A stretch of 64,000 nucleotides of DNA from Adineta vaga (taxonomy: Eukaryota; Animalia; Rotifera): assembly GCA_021613535.1 (NCBI GenBank), contig CP075493.1:1736001-1800000 (forward strand), in the 5' to 3' direction. Below, one piece after another: positions 13,410 to 26,775 of this stretch (the stretch's first letter is position 1; the number at the start of each line of letters is the position of its first letter). The notes under the pieces were generated by a model. It was given only the letters and a program-made list of their open reading frames with translations. It had not been told where the DNA came from and made no database searches. A program made the translations under genes and the position numbers.

Positions 13410-15606
13410 TTATAATCGTATATTAATTATATCAGGTTCTGGTTCGAAATTTGGATTCGTTTTTGGTTTCTTTTTTTCATATTCATGAATGACTTCTTCA
13501 CGTAAACGATGAAGTAAATCAGCTGCACTATGTTCAATTGCTTCTTGATCTTTCATGGACGCTAATAAACCACGATGTCGACCCATAAGCATTGTGATAA
13601 CTAAAATTGCTTTACTTGCCGGAGAAAGAACAGTGGCAAAACTTGATGAAACATTTGGATATCCAAGTGTTAATCCAACGGCTCCAAAAGCTGAAATAAT
13701 TTCGAAAATAATTTTAAATACTGTTATATCAGGATCAACTGGCGACATTCGACGATATTCAATGGCACAAATAAGAAATATGAACACAAATAACCAAGTA
13801 CGTGTAAGAATAACAAAACTAAGTGTATGTTTAACAAGTGCACGAGTAAAATAAATTAAAAATAAACGAATACGAATATATCGTAAACGTCGTGGTTCTG
13901 CTTCCATTCCATCTGCAAATGCAATATTAGCAAAATGTTGTCGTGCACGATCTTTTGTAACAAAACTTTGTCGACGTAAAAAACGTTCCATATGACGTAT
14001 AGGTAATGCACCACTTGCTGATGTTGATGTAAGAGATCCTCGTGGAGTTCTACCAGATGCACTGAATGTATCAAGAGCACGTGCAGCCGGATTTGTTTGT
14101 ATATCAACTTCTTCACGTGCTTGTAACGCTAACCATGATAATTCAAAAGGTGTTTCATCTAAAGCACATAACATTTGTGGTTTTGTTGCCATTAACATTA
14201 AATAAACTAATAATGTTGCTGGTGCAAATGAATTCACATCGATTGTATTAAAACCAGCAAAACGGGTATTAACGGTATGGAAAAAAAATATCAATACACG
14301 TGTACCTGATGGATACATAGCGAATGCAGTACGGTGCAAATCAAGTATTAAGGAAATAGAAACACCTAATATATATAATAATGTTGTTATTAAAAGATAA
14401 ATACGTGTTTGAACAGCTGGGAAAAGTAAAGTAGATAAACGATGATTATTTGTAAGAATATAATCAAAGACAATTTTATGACGCCATGGAGCTAATCGAC
14501 GTACTAATATGACAACATTACGTAATAAAAATGGAAAGAGAGATGTACCACTAACAACAACCTAGAGAAAATAAAGAAATTACCATGAAAAATCTCATAG
14601 AATTACTTACAAGCATGACAAATAAATTTAAATAAACATCATATACAAATCGTGAAAATCCATCTGAAAATGGTACTAAGCCGTTTTGATTAAAACCTGT
14701 TATTGTTACAATAAATGATATATAGAATGGATTAATACTCGAATTTCCTTGCAGTAATTGTTCGGGTGTATATTGTGTATGTAACCAACTACCAATTGCA
14801 ATGAATGTAATTGAATAAATCGTAAAACAAGTGACAAGAATTAAAGCAATACATGTTATATAAGCACGATAACGGAGTTGTGCTGCAGTTGGCAATGATG
14901 TTAATCGATCACGAATATGTTGTGGTAGATTTCGTCGTCGACGAATATTAAATGTGGGTAATTCATCGTCATTGTCATCTTCGATGTCGTCATGATCATC
15001 ATCAACAGTTATACCTTGAACACGTTTATGTGTATGAGCTTTGACAACTAATGCTGGTAATGTACTAATTGTAATACCAGATAGAAATGTAAATACCATC
15101 AAAACTATTTGAGAAGCCTTTGAAAGTTTAGCAAAATCCATTGTTGTCAAACCACAATTATATACACATGAACTTGCTACAAACCAAGCATCAACATAAG
15201 CAACATCGGTTTGTTGATTACGAGCTGATGAATGATTTTCAATTAACCAAACGATTAAACCACAAAAGAATCCATTGACAATAAACAATGTAATATGTAT
15301 ATAAAAATAATGACTCATTCTCCAATGATATCTTTTTTTCGGAGAAGATTTCGTTTCTTTCGTATCAGTTGCTGGTGTTTCTTCAGTAATACCCATAACT
15401 GTTGACATCGGTTGTGGATCAGGTCGAATTTGAACATATGATTGTGCTCGAGATAAGATGCTAGGCGCACGATTCTCAGACGTTCCATCTCCTTGAAAAC
15501 TTGCATTATCAATTCCAACAAGACTTAAACGATCAATGATGGTCTCTGTTGCAAGTGCTCGACTACATTGTCTTTCAAGTTGAGCATCTCGTGTAGATAA
15601 AAGCAT
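13410..15606 (-). CDS. Trk/HKT/TrkH-family potassium transporter, 2 exons (intron ~14562-14610)
   Basis: Four MPM pore loops: SCVYNCGL, TGFNQNGL, NTRFAGF, SAFGAVGLTLGY. Also SGTSLFPFLLR and the C-terminal MLMGRHRGL, typical of eukaryotic Trk/HKT. Confidence 0.92.
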
Positions 15607-16352
15607 TTGTTTCAATCTAGTGATTATAGTACCTGTTTATTTGTCCTTACAAAAATATGAGTACAACGCGAAATATTTATATTAATCGATGCAAAAGAAA
15701 TCAAATATAATGATGATTCGAGCCAGTTATTTTATAAAGAAAGAAAAAACCTGTACAGCGTCGCTAACAAACTACTCATTACACTTTTCTGTTTTCTCCT
15801 AACGAAAAAAAACAACATGTGAGTTGCATCTATATACGATCATATTAAAAAGAAATGTTTCACTTTTTTGTATAGGTTAGATTAGTATCAATATTTTATG
15901 CAATTTTATTAAATGATGATGATGTAAAAGATTATATCTACACATGACGTGTCTTTCAAAAAGAGACAATAAAACTAATTAGTCAATGTATTGTAACAAT
16001 AAATGAATAATAAATACAATTCTTTTTCTATCAGCAATGAGAAAAAGAGTATTTTTTTGTTAACGAATCGATTGTACTAATTATGGAAAGAAAACATAAA
16101 ATAATGATTTCGATATTTTTGTTTACAAAAAAATGCATATTTGTTGAATTTTTCGTTTCTTCTGCAATCAAAGCAATGTTAAACAACAAGTCAAATTAAT
16201 GTACTTTTAACAGTAATAACATATCATTCAATTATAACGCATCTGACAAACTTAATTTGATCGACCTGTATGATTTCATAAAATATTCAAATTTAAAAAA
16301 AGCAACGTTTATTTTAAAATGTTTACAATTCATTGTTATTCGTAACGTTTAG

Positions 16353-17453
16353 CTAATGATTAACAATAGCTGCCATATGATAATAAGAAGTAGCGATACA
16401 TAAAACTTGTTGTTTATTAAAAGTCTCGATCGGTCGAGGTTCATTTTCTTTATATAAATATCGATGACCTTGTGCTTCAGAATGTCCCAATCGTCCATCT
16501 GAACCACAACCCCATGTAAAAATACGTCCATCCGTAGCTAATGCACTCGAATGAATTCCACCAGTTGCGATCATTTTAAATGGACACGTTCGAGTTAATT
16601 CAATTAATGTCCATTGACCAGTAAATGGTACGTCATTATCAATTCCTAATTTTACTTTATAATTTGAACCCATTGCATAGATACAACCTTGTTCAGTCAA
16701 TAATAAAACATGAGCATGAAATTGTCCACGACTACATGAAATTTGTATTGGATGATCATTATTATCAAGTAAATCGCATTGTAACGGTTCACTGATTGAT
16801 ACATTTCGATAATTTTCTTCTTTAGAAATCTTTCCCACCGGAACAGTCGATCCCCATAGGTAAACATGACCTTGTTCAGTTATAAATCCATTTAGAGATG
16901 CACCTGTATCGATATGTCGAATGGTATCATTCATATCATTCAATTCATAGATACAAATCCATTCAGTAATAAAACCATCTCGATTAAAACGTCGTTCTTT
17001 TATCTGACGAGCATTGAGAACAATAAAAATCGAATTTTCACCACACGTACAATGAGTAATGATTTGATCAGAGACAAGAATTTGTTGTGCTACATATCCA
17101 ATACCTTTTCCAAAACCCCACAATTCTCTTCGATCAACAGTTAATAAAAGATTTGTCGATGGTCCTGATGTAATAAAACCAAACGATGGAAGTCTTCCTT
17201 TAATTAAAGTTAAAGTAGGAACGATTGTTTTATCATCACCTTGTCCAAGTCGACCATATTTTGGTTCATCACCAATAATCAGCACACGATGATTTGAATC
17301 AAGAACGAGTGTAAAATTTGTTCCACAACTTACTTGAATAAAATGACTTTCTAATCGTTGATTCGATGATATTCTCATTGGTACATGACATTTAATTCGT
17401 TTATTTGTCTGAGAATCATATACGATTCCCCATTGATAAAGATGTGTTGCCAT
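16353..17453 (-). CDS. RCC1-repeat beta-propeller protein, intronless
   Basis: Repeats VSCGTNFTLVL, YGRLGQG, IATGGIHSSAL..GRIFTWGCGSDGRLGH. Confidence 0.88.
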   Translation of the reverse strand: MATHLYQWGIVYDSQTNKRIKCHVPMRISSNQRLESHFIQVSCGTNFTLVLDSNHRVLIIGDEPKYGRLGQGDDKTIVPTLTLIKGRLPSFGFITSGPSTNLLLTVDRRELWGFGKGIGYVAQQILVSDQIITHCTCGENSIFIVLNARQIKERRFNRDGFITEWICIYELNDMNDTIRHIDTGASLNGFITEQGHVYLWGSTVPVGKISKEENYRNVSISEPLQCDLLDNNDHPIQISCSRGQFHAHVLLLTEQGCIYAMGSNYKVKLGIDNDVPFTGQWTLIELTRTCPFKMIATGGIHSSALATDGRIFTWGCGSDGRLGHSEAQGHRYLYKENEPRPIETFNKQQVLCIATSYYHMAAIVNH

Positions 17454-20400
17454 TATGAAACAATTTCTTTGCAATAAAGTTAACTATTGAATAAAAAACA
17501 TCGTACTTCTTATAGTATTTATGTCGTCATGGTGAAGCAAAAAAACATATACATCGCTAACTCAATCAATGACTCATATAAGTAGTCATCGAGCACAACA
17601 CGTGTTTTTTTAGTGAATAATGAGCGATATATGATTGTAACTATACACATGTTGAAATATATAAATCTTCCGATGTACTTATGCTTTGAACATAATTATT
17701 TACATACCATTTCTAGTCGTCGACAAAACACTAACTTTAAGAAGTTGATTTTCGATATATTCTGAGAAAATCTCCATTTCTATTTGTTTTTTTTCAACGT
17801 AGATCCATAGAATCACTGATAGATGCCGTCAATATTCATCGCTTAATCTTATAAACTATCTAAATAAATGCTTCTGTTGACAATGATATTATTCAAATCT
17901 ACAAAGCACAACAATCTTAGAAATAAAAAATTATCAATTCTAGAAAATCTAATCGACTATTGCAAAAGCATCTCGTAAAAAATCTTTAAAATTCAATACA
18001 AATGTTAACAATAAAAATAGTATAAATGATACGAAAATAAGAATTAAATGATCAGTTATAATAACACATAAATATTGACTAAAACGATAGAAACGTGAAA
18101 TAAGTCGAATTAAATATCGAGAAAATTTCCACACTATTAAAACATGTATCATACAAAATAATAAACGTAAAAGAGTTGTAAATGAACCAAAATTAAATCG
18201 ATATTGTTCCGAAAGCCACCAACAATATGAATAACCATAAAGCAAGAAAAATCATAGCGAAATAGAAATGATTTCGTATATGAAAGAAGTCTTTTTCTTC
18301 CATAAAGATCATTCCGAAAATGATTTATTAATAGAAAGAAAAAGAAAGTTTATTCTTATCATATTTTTTCTAGATAAAGAAAACTAATAGAACTGATCAG
18401 TTCACTACGCTCGTCTGAACATGAAAGAAAAATCGATGTCTAAGATATGTGCTTTTCTTTTTCTAATAGAAATGTCCCAATACACAAAGCAACCAACGTT
18501 TATTAATCAAATCTTTTTCTTTTTCTGATACAATCCGAGAGAATAAACAAAAAATTTTATTATGCGTTTATGTAGATTCTTCTCTATCATAATCACATTT
18601 TGAAAATCTGACACACTCTCGTCAAAAGCTCTCAATTGAAAAAAAAATGAAGAAATTTTCTCTGTGAATTTCAACGAAGTACTTGATAAACTCGAATGTG
18701 TTGTTACGAGATAATTATATTATATCTATCTTTTTCTATTTAAATGTACATAAAACAAACTAATGGAGGCATTTAGATAGTTAACGTCCGGCACCAGCCG
18801 TTTTTCTTCAATTATGTTTGGCTGCATGACTTATTGACATTTCCGAAAAGAGATACGATCGAACATATGCTTCTAAGATTCCATATCTATTCAACAAGGT
18901 ACCAACGAATTTGTTAAATAATCTTTAGATGAAAATCAATTGTAAGTCAATATTTGTTCGTTTGAGTTTAGAGTAATTTTAATTGACATTACATTAGAAT
19001 ATTACGATAACATTGATATTTTATAATAAAATAATGAAGAAGTTAGTTGTAAATTTTTACAGTTTTCTAATATCGATATTTTCGATCTAAGTATCATGTC
19101 ATTTATCAGTCGAGTAATAATTTATTGTTAACTAGATGACAACATTCTGACATATGTTGATATTTGTATATAAGTATTTAGTCTATCCATGTGTGTGTTT
19201 CAATAAGTTTTTTAAGGGTTAATTTACGATATTAACGATTCAAGAGAGTCGAGACAAATTCTTCGATCAAAACTGTCTTTTTAGTTTGTTAAATGCGAAT
19301 AGTTATGTTATTTTTCTCTTGTAAATAATGAGAAGACGAAAGAAAAACATCGATCAATAATGAAGATTGACAATGATTAATGATTGTACATAATGATAAA
19401 AATCTAGTTAAGATCAATTAGTATTTTACAGATATAGACAGGAGAAGAATCAACACGATCAAGTTGCATTTTTCATTTCGAATGTTTTCCAATTAACACA
19501 ACTTTTTCTTATATATATACATAAATCTACTGTGTGGAATAAAACAAACAAACAAAATCTCATGTCAATTAGCAACAAATGAGATGATATTGAAGAATTT
19601 TCGAATACAAATCATTAGAATCCACTTCGATCAATTGACTGACAGACAACAGATCAAATCAAATAGTGTTCATTTTTGACAACACTTCTCGACAGTATTT
19701 GATGTTCTTTTCAATTCCTGTTCTTTTTCTTTCTCAACCAGAATTCCTTCAAATTCACGAACCAACAACAACAACAAAATAATTATTAGTTACAGGTAGT
19801 TAACATATATCACGAGTATGATCATCTGACTAACTGAAATTAATTCTTATATGAATAATAATTTTGTTCTTCCTTATCTTCAATATAGAAAGCTCATTTC
19901 TTTTGTAGTTTAGCGTCATTTTATATAAGTAATTGTTTAGACTCTCTTACAATATACTTTATAGAAAATGAGTTTTCTTTTCATTATCGTCGTCTGTTGT
20001 TTATTCGATCCCTTCCATTAATAGGAGAAAAAAACTTCGTTGACTACAGAATGATTTTACTTCGAATATAGAAAAAATCATTCGTCTTTACTTAACATAA
20101 TGTCAAAGTACTTTCTACCCCCCACACTAAGACACATTTTCTACCGTTATATGTGACAATAGAAATATAAAAAGGAAGTCCGATTTTATGACATGCAATA
20201 AATTTATGCAAGTAGAATAGAGAAAAAATCCATTAGAATCAAGTTTGCTGATTAATTGTTTATGTAAAGGGGCAGATGCAAAGCGATTGAAGTTCTATAC
20301 TAATGAAGTAAATTTAACTTATAAAATAATTAGTAATCTCTTCTTCAAATGACACTTTTTATTAAAAAGAACATCTTTTGCCTTTACTACTAAGAAATTC

Positions 20401-20840
20401 ACTTCTTTTCTATTCTATTAAATCTTCATGAACATTTCAATTACTTTTGTTTTACTATGAATCTTACATATTTGATGAGGTGATATTCTTAGAAGATAAT
20501 AGAATAATCAGAACTTATCTCTCCTTTGAGAATTTCTTATTCTGTCTATTAGCCATATTTTTTTCTTTTCTATTTAAGTGTGTAAGAATGGTTTTCTCTT
20601 TTTTTTTTCTTCGTACTGATATATCATACATCTTTATTGTTCTTGTCAGAAGTCTTTCCCGGAAAGAAATGAATAACCGTGAGAATTAATACTTTCATTT
20701 CGTTCCCTGATGCATACTTAATCTTAATTTAACCAATATGTCAGATGAAATTAAAGCATAAAAAAAGAAAATTAAGCAATTCTTTGACGAACAATTCACG
20801 TTTTACTTTCATTTGTAGGTTGTCTATCGTTGACAAAATT

Positions 20841-22747
20841 ATGAATGATACTTTATCGATTTCATTTATTGAATCTTCATCTTTTACAATACCGATTCAT
20901 TCATTAATACGAAAGATTCTATTAGGATGTTTATTATTTAGTTTAGCAATATTTACTATCTTGGGTAATCTATTAATTTTATATGCAATACGAACAGAAA
21001 AACGTTTAAGAACTGTATCAAATTTATTTATTCTTAGTTTAGCATTTGCTGATTTAGTTGTAGGAATTTTTGTTATGCCACTCAGTGCAGCAAATATTAT
21101 TACAGGTCAATGGCCATTTTCAACAGTTTTATGTCAAATGTGGTTATCTGTAGATTATGTAGCTAGGTAAAGTTTTCTTACCAAATTGTCAGACGAAATC
21201 TTATAGATTTGAATCATAAGAAGATAATCATCTTTCTCTTGTTTGTTTTCTGAACTCGATGAAAATCAATAGTTAGTTGATTTGTTTTTCTTCTTTTAGT
21301 ACGGCAAGTATATTTAATCTTGTTCTTCTCAGTCTTGATCGTTATTGGGCTGTGGTATATCCTTTACGCTATTTGCAAAATCGATCACGTAAACAAGCAA
21401 CTAATTTTATTGTTATTGTCTGGTTTATATCTTCATTATGGGCGCCAGTTGTCATCTTTTGGTCATATATTATTCCTCAACATAGTGATATTAATAAACC
21501 TACCGAATGTGATACATCATTTCGTTCAAATAAATTATTTAAAACCATAGCAGCTCTATTTAATTTCTATTTACCATTGCTTACAATGATTCTAATATCA
21601 TGTCGTATTATGGTTGCTGTACGTTCACGTTCTCGAATGGAATTCGGTCGACGAATATCATCTGCAACACAACGACAAATGAAACAAGAACGATTGGCTT
21701 TAAATCAATTAGAAATACAAGCTGAAAATCAACGAAAACTATCAGTCAATGAAATCGTATATCTTCCTAAATCTAGATCTGCCGTAATCGATACTATTGA
21801 TGAACACATTCAAGTATCGAATCGAAATGATGATGAGGATGACACAGAAAGTCTTAGTCAACTTGAAACGAATAGATCATCTTTAACTGCTGAACTAAAT
21901 TTTTGTTTTCCTCCAATGAAACCAATGAGACATCTATTTCCATCTCTATCATCAATTAAAGAACATACTGAACGTCAAATTGGTCGATTATCAAATAAAT
22001 CTTCAAATACGAAAAACATGAAAAATTCTTTGAGTATTTCGAATAATATGAAAAATTCTGATCGACAATCAAATATAAGATCAATTAGTTTAAATCATAT
22101 TCCACGAACATCATCAATATCAAGTCTTTCAGATGAATGTCCTCAAAAAATATTCATTTATCCAGTCAAATCATGGGAAAAAAATTCAATATCAAAAGAT
22201 AAAATTACTGTGTAAGTTAAGGAAGAAATAAAAAGAAACCTACATTGACTCTTCTTTTATTTTCTTTAGACAAATCACTTCAACTTCATCATCATCATCA
22301 ACATCTTCACCAGCTCATGTCGCAAATTCAACTGATATATCTCCTAATCAATATCTATCTATTCCATCATCTCCTTCACCTATCGTTCAACCAAATAAAA
22401 TAAATATTTTGACATTTTTTGATTATATTATTAATCCAAGTCTTTCGCGTTCACTACAAAAAGAATTAAAAGCAGCTCGACAATTGGGCATGCTCGTCGG
22501 TGTTTTTACTTTTACTTGGTTACCATATTTTATTCTATTCTTAGTTGTTGCATGGTGTCAACAATGTGTATCAGATACAATCTATACCGGATCAATCTGG
22601 CTTGGATATTTAAATTCAACACTCAATCCATTAATTTATCCATTATGTAATTTACATTTTCGTCGTGCATTTAAGAAGATTATTTATTTTGAACATGCAA
22701 AAACGAAATTACCTAATTTGAATTCATTACGTGATCTTCGTAGATAG
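20841..22747 (+). CDS. HRH1: Histamine H1 receptor-like aminergic GPCR, 3 exons (20841-21166, 21300-22211, 22270-22747)
   Basis: TM3 WLSVDYVASTASIF..DRY, TM5 FKTIAALFNFYLP, TM6 KAARQLG..WLPYFI and TM7 IWLGYLNSTLNPLIYPLCN all closely track vertebrate H1. Confidence 0.82.
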
Positions 22748-23800
22748 CGTTCGATTCAACAAGAATAAAGAATTATTTTAAAGATTCGTCTTCCTTTTCT
22801 TTTCCTTTCTCTCGATTATATTAGACATTTTCTTTGAAATATGTTTCTCTAGAGAATAATCGAACAGATGATTGAAGTTCTTATTTTGATTAGATCTAAT
22901 CAAAGTATTTCTGAGTAAAAGTATCTATAAATAATATTCATGTACTTTCAATGTACTGATGTTATTTTTTACATATAGGTGTTAGATACATAGCACGAGA
23001 TGTTCTTTCAATTTAATATTCACAATATAGGAAGGGAGCTTCTTCGAAACCTTTTCGCAAAATGTTTGCTTGTGAAAATATACTGCGAAGTCTTAGCTAT
23101 CAAACGCTGAAAATTGTAGGGCTCTATCATAGTTCTTTCGAAAGTTATTCAAAAAATATTGAAGTATCTTAATTTCTGACTCTGATAAAGAAAAAGTTAT
23201 ATATTTAAATAGCGTATATCTTCCTTATTAATCGATTAAGTGTTGCAGGTAAAGGATTTAATAAAATGCACTACTCAGAAGTATTGTAGGTTTACTTTCA
23301 GTTTTTCGAACTAATTGTACCAAAAAGTTACAATTCACTCAGCTATTCTGTGCTGTATTAAAATCATGTTTCACTCGGTAGTCATTTGACAAATTAGAGA
23401 ACTTTTCTTTTCGAGGAAATTTCTTAATATACCACCAAAATATTCAGACTTCGTGTTTTTCTGGAAAAAATAATAAAAGGAAACTTTGAAGGAGCTGAAT
23501 GTAATATAGAAAGTCTTTCAAAATACGCTTTCCAAAAGGAAGCTGATATAGAAGTCAAAGAATCTTGCATTTCAATGAGTAACCATAAAAAATTTATTGG
23601 ACGTCTTCATTTTTTACTGCATCTTAAATTCAAATTGAAATGAGCAAAGCAAGGCTTCTGATATCATCCACTATACTACAACAACATACAAAGAGATAAA
23701 ATACTCTTCCATTATTTATATATCATGAAATATAACAATGATGTTCCTTTATTTCTCTTCGCTGCGTAACTTGACAATCATTTATGTTTTAAGAAGTCCT

Positions 23801-24898
23801 TATTCGTATTGTTGCTAATAATTTGTATCGTTGGTATGAAAATCCATGTACATTTAGTTACTCTACAGTCTTTTGGAATTTCTCGCAGTAAGAACATTTC
23901 TTTATTGATTTCCAGTAGTTTTTCTTTATTATACCTCTAAATGGCAAAAAGAGATCGATTGGATGGCATCAATATAGTCTATGCAACAACTGGAATGGAA
24001 TACATTTATAATAAGGTTTGAAATTGAAATTAACTTAGCCGTCTTTGTTCTCAGTTTTTGTTAGGTTTTCCTACGAATGGGTTTTCCACAAAATGAACTT
24101 GATAGTTATTTTACTGATCCTGCTTTTCTTGAGTTATTTGTTTCAGTGGAAAAACAATAGGTTTCGTATGGATAATCTTCAACAATACGGTGGTCCTCTA
24201 TCGAGTAGTTGGCATCAATCACAATTTCAACTTGCCAAACAAATCATTCATCGAATGACTGATATTGGTATCATACCAGTTTAACAAGCGTTTACTGGTT
24301 TTATGCCTCGCACTGCTCCTTCGTGAGTGGAAAACTGATTGATTTTGAGAACAAATGAAGAAAGTGTATTTTCTCATCATTGTTTAGACGCTTTCCAACA
24401 GCAAAATTTTATAGATCATCAGATTGGGTTGGCTTTGGTTGCGATGAATCCAAGTTGGTATTCTAATTAAAAAAAGGTTTGTTTTGTTATGAAATAGTTT
24501 ATACATTCTAGTTTACCCTATTTGGATCCTACTGATCCATTTTTGCAACGAGTTGGAGTCGAATTACTAAATGAAGTAGGTTGAGTTCAAAGCATATGAT
24601 GATAAATCATCTTATTCAATTCTCTATTGAATCTGATAAGTTGGACAGTTACAGCACTGAATTTAACATCTCATTATTATGCTTGTGATTTGTTCAATGA
24701 AATGATACTACCAAACAGGTAATGTATATTTATGTAATATCATGAAATATTTAATTCTTTTTTTTTTTATTTCTGGGTGATTCAATTCTTATTGCTCGAC
24801 AATTATTTAACAAATATCGTTTATCTCTACGTGACATTAATTTACCAAAAAGATCATCATCAAAAAATGGAATTTCTCTTAAATATAAGATCAATTGA
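23801..24898 (+). pseudogene. NAGLU: Alpha-N-acetylglucosaminidase (GH89) pseudogene: middle exons joined to the last exon
   Basis: ENPCTFSYSTVFWNF, WQKEIDWM, FRMDNLQQYGGPLSSSWHQSQFQLAKQIIHRMTDIGIIPV-stop, LDPTDPF, YACDLFNEM, then the last exon GDSILIARQLFNKY. Defects: premature TAA (24282-24284), frameshifting deletions and a mutated acceptor. Confidence 0.9.
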
Positions 24899-25057
24899 TC
24901 TAAACGAAACTTATACATTCCTTACTATTTGATTCCAATGAAACTTTCGCTTTTTCCTAAACATTGAATTTTCTATTTTATGATGATTATAGGAATAATA
25001 TCTTTTTATTTAAAATAAAATGAAATAGTGACATAGATTTTTTTCCAAAAAAATTCT

Positions 25058-26490
25058 TTAAGTTGATTGTCGAGTGGTTGTTTGTAGAGGAGCCGATGGA
25101 TTGTGTGTAAGGCGTTCATAATCAATGTTTTCCATCCAATCCTTGAATTTGATACATATTGCTCGAATGATCAATGGAGATACTGTATTTATTGATGTGA
25201 TATATAAGTACGAAACAATAACTACGATAGGTATTTGAGTTTTCAAATGATATGTGGAAGTTTCAGTATGATCAGATGTAGTAGAAGAGAAATATTTTAT
25301 GCAATCTTCGTATATAGTTGACTACATCTTACACATAATAGAACCCATACAAATGCCTAAAATACCTAAATAATAAATTGTATTGATATAGATTAACATA
25401 ATTCTGTCGAAGCTATAAAGTATACATTTCCAGGTATATTCACCTGTTATCTGAATAGCAGTAATAATACACACATAAAGCATAGATATACTTTTTGAGA
25501 ACTAAAAGCGATTAGATATATCTAATATGTGACAATATATGTAATACGTTTATACAAGAGCATCATGCATTCTCAAGTTTTGTTATACAAAAAACAAAAA
25601 AGCAAAACAACACAACACCTTATAAAAGGATGGATCTTCTTACATTTTCTATACGGGCTTCATCATAATGTTTTTTTATCATTAATATTCGAACTTGTAG
25701 ATTTGAATAGATCTATCATTGAAAAAGAATAACATAAACTCAAATTAACTAACACTCAGTAAGAGAATTATAAATTTTCACAATTATAACAATAGTGATG
25801 AACTTACTTGCAGCTGTAAATAACCATAACATGATCTTTGATCGAGATGAAGATGGTGATGGTGACGGAGATGGTGAAGGTTTACCATCTGAAACATAAA
25901 GAGAGAGTATATTCTAAAATCAAATATTTAGCTTCTCACTATAAGGATAGACTACCCAGGTCGACAAATCCGATATTGGATCCGATAGGACCCTATAGGA
26001 TCCAACGTTCCTACAAAACCCTATCGGATTCCTGGTGACGGATCTGTATTGGATTCTGCCAGTAAAATTTCCGTCGGAAGCTGCATATTTTATGAGCGTT
26101 CTTTTTAGCTATATTTTATTACGGCCTTATGCCCACCTATCGGATCCGTCGAAATCCGTTTTTTGGAAACTATAGGATCATGTGTTGGATCCGGATCCGA
26201 GTATCGGATTGATCGAACTGGGTACTTCATAGATGACATTTGAATCCCAGTCCCATGAATAGTTTCCATCAGCATTGAAAGGTATACTAAAAATAAAGTT
26301 GTCTCTTTCGATTATGTGAACATATTTATTTTACACAACACATATATCGATCAGAGTTATCGAATTTATATCGTATACTCAAAGCACCAGGAAATGTTTC
26401 TTTAAAATATCGACGATTAATGGTATTATCGGGCGATAACGCCAACATAATAATTTTATTTTCACGATCAGAAAATTGAACGACTCGCAT
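25058..26490 (-). pseudogene. Degraded multi-exon gene with a TDP-43 N-terminal-like domain and hydrophobic C-terminal exons (copy A)
   Basis: MRVVQFSDRENKIIMLALSPDNTINRRYFKETFPGALSIRYKFDNSDRYM|IPFNADGNYSWDWDSNVIYEV resembles the TDP-43 NTD (FPGACGLRYR...WGNLVYVV). Exon 2 is interrupted by a MITE and later exons are frameshifted. Confidence 0.55.
25955..26222. mobile_element. MITE, 268 bp, CCCAGG...CTGGG termini, ~30 bp imperfect TIR, 2-bp TSD (TA)
   Basis: Filled site gacTA[cccaggtcgacaaatccgata...tatcggattgatcgaactggg]TActtc. The paralogous empty site gacTActtc is in copy B (~58852-58860). Confidence 0.92.
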
Positions 26491-26775
26491 GATGATCAAT
26501 AATTATATCTTAATGAATCTAAAAATGAGATAATCATACAACATAGACATAGTTTTAGTTATTTAACGGGTTATAACTATATATCAATCGTCGGGTCAGA
26601 ATCACGGAGTCAGAACAAAGAAAAAAATGCCGATTACAACTGGTAAAAGCGACACCTAATCATAAATTTTGTAAATGCCATACGTAGAGCAAGAACTAAC
26701 AATAGCTTCCATTTATACACTGACGTCTATATACACTAGGTTAGAAATTACCGCCCTATATTCATTTTCTCTTTC

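Noticed and set aside
17949-18245. Hydrophobic 98 aa ORF
   Set aside because: Non-ATG start, F/I/L-rich as expected from AT-rich DNA, no family signal.
22990-23800. Possible TE remnant or pseudogene left of copy A
   Set aside because: No TIR pair, TSD or identifiable protein motif found.
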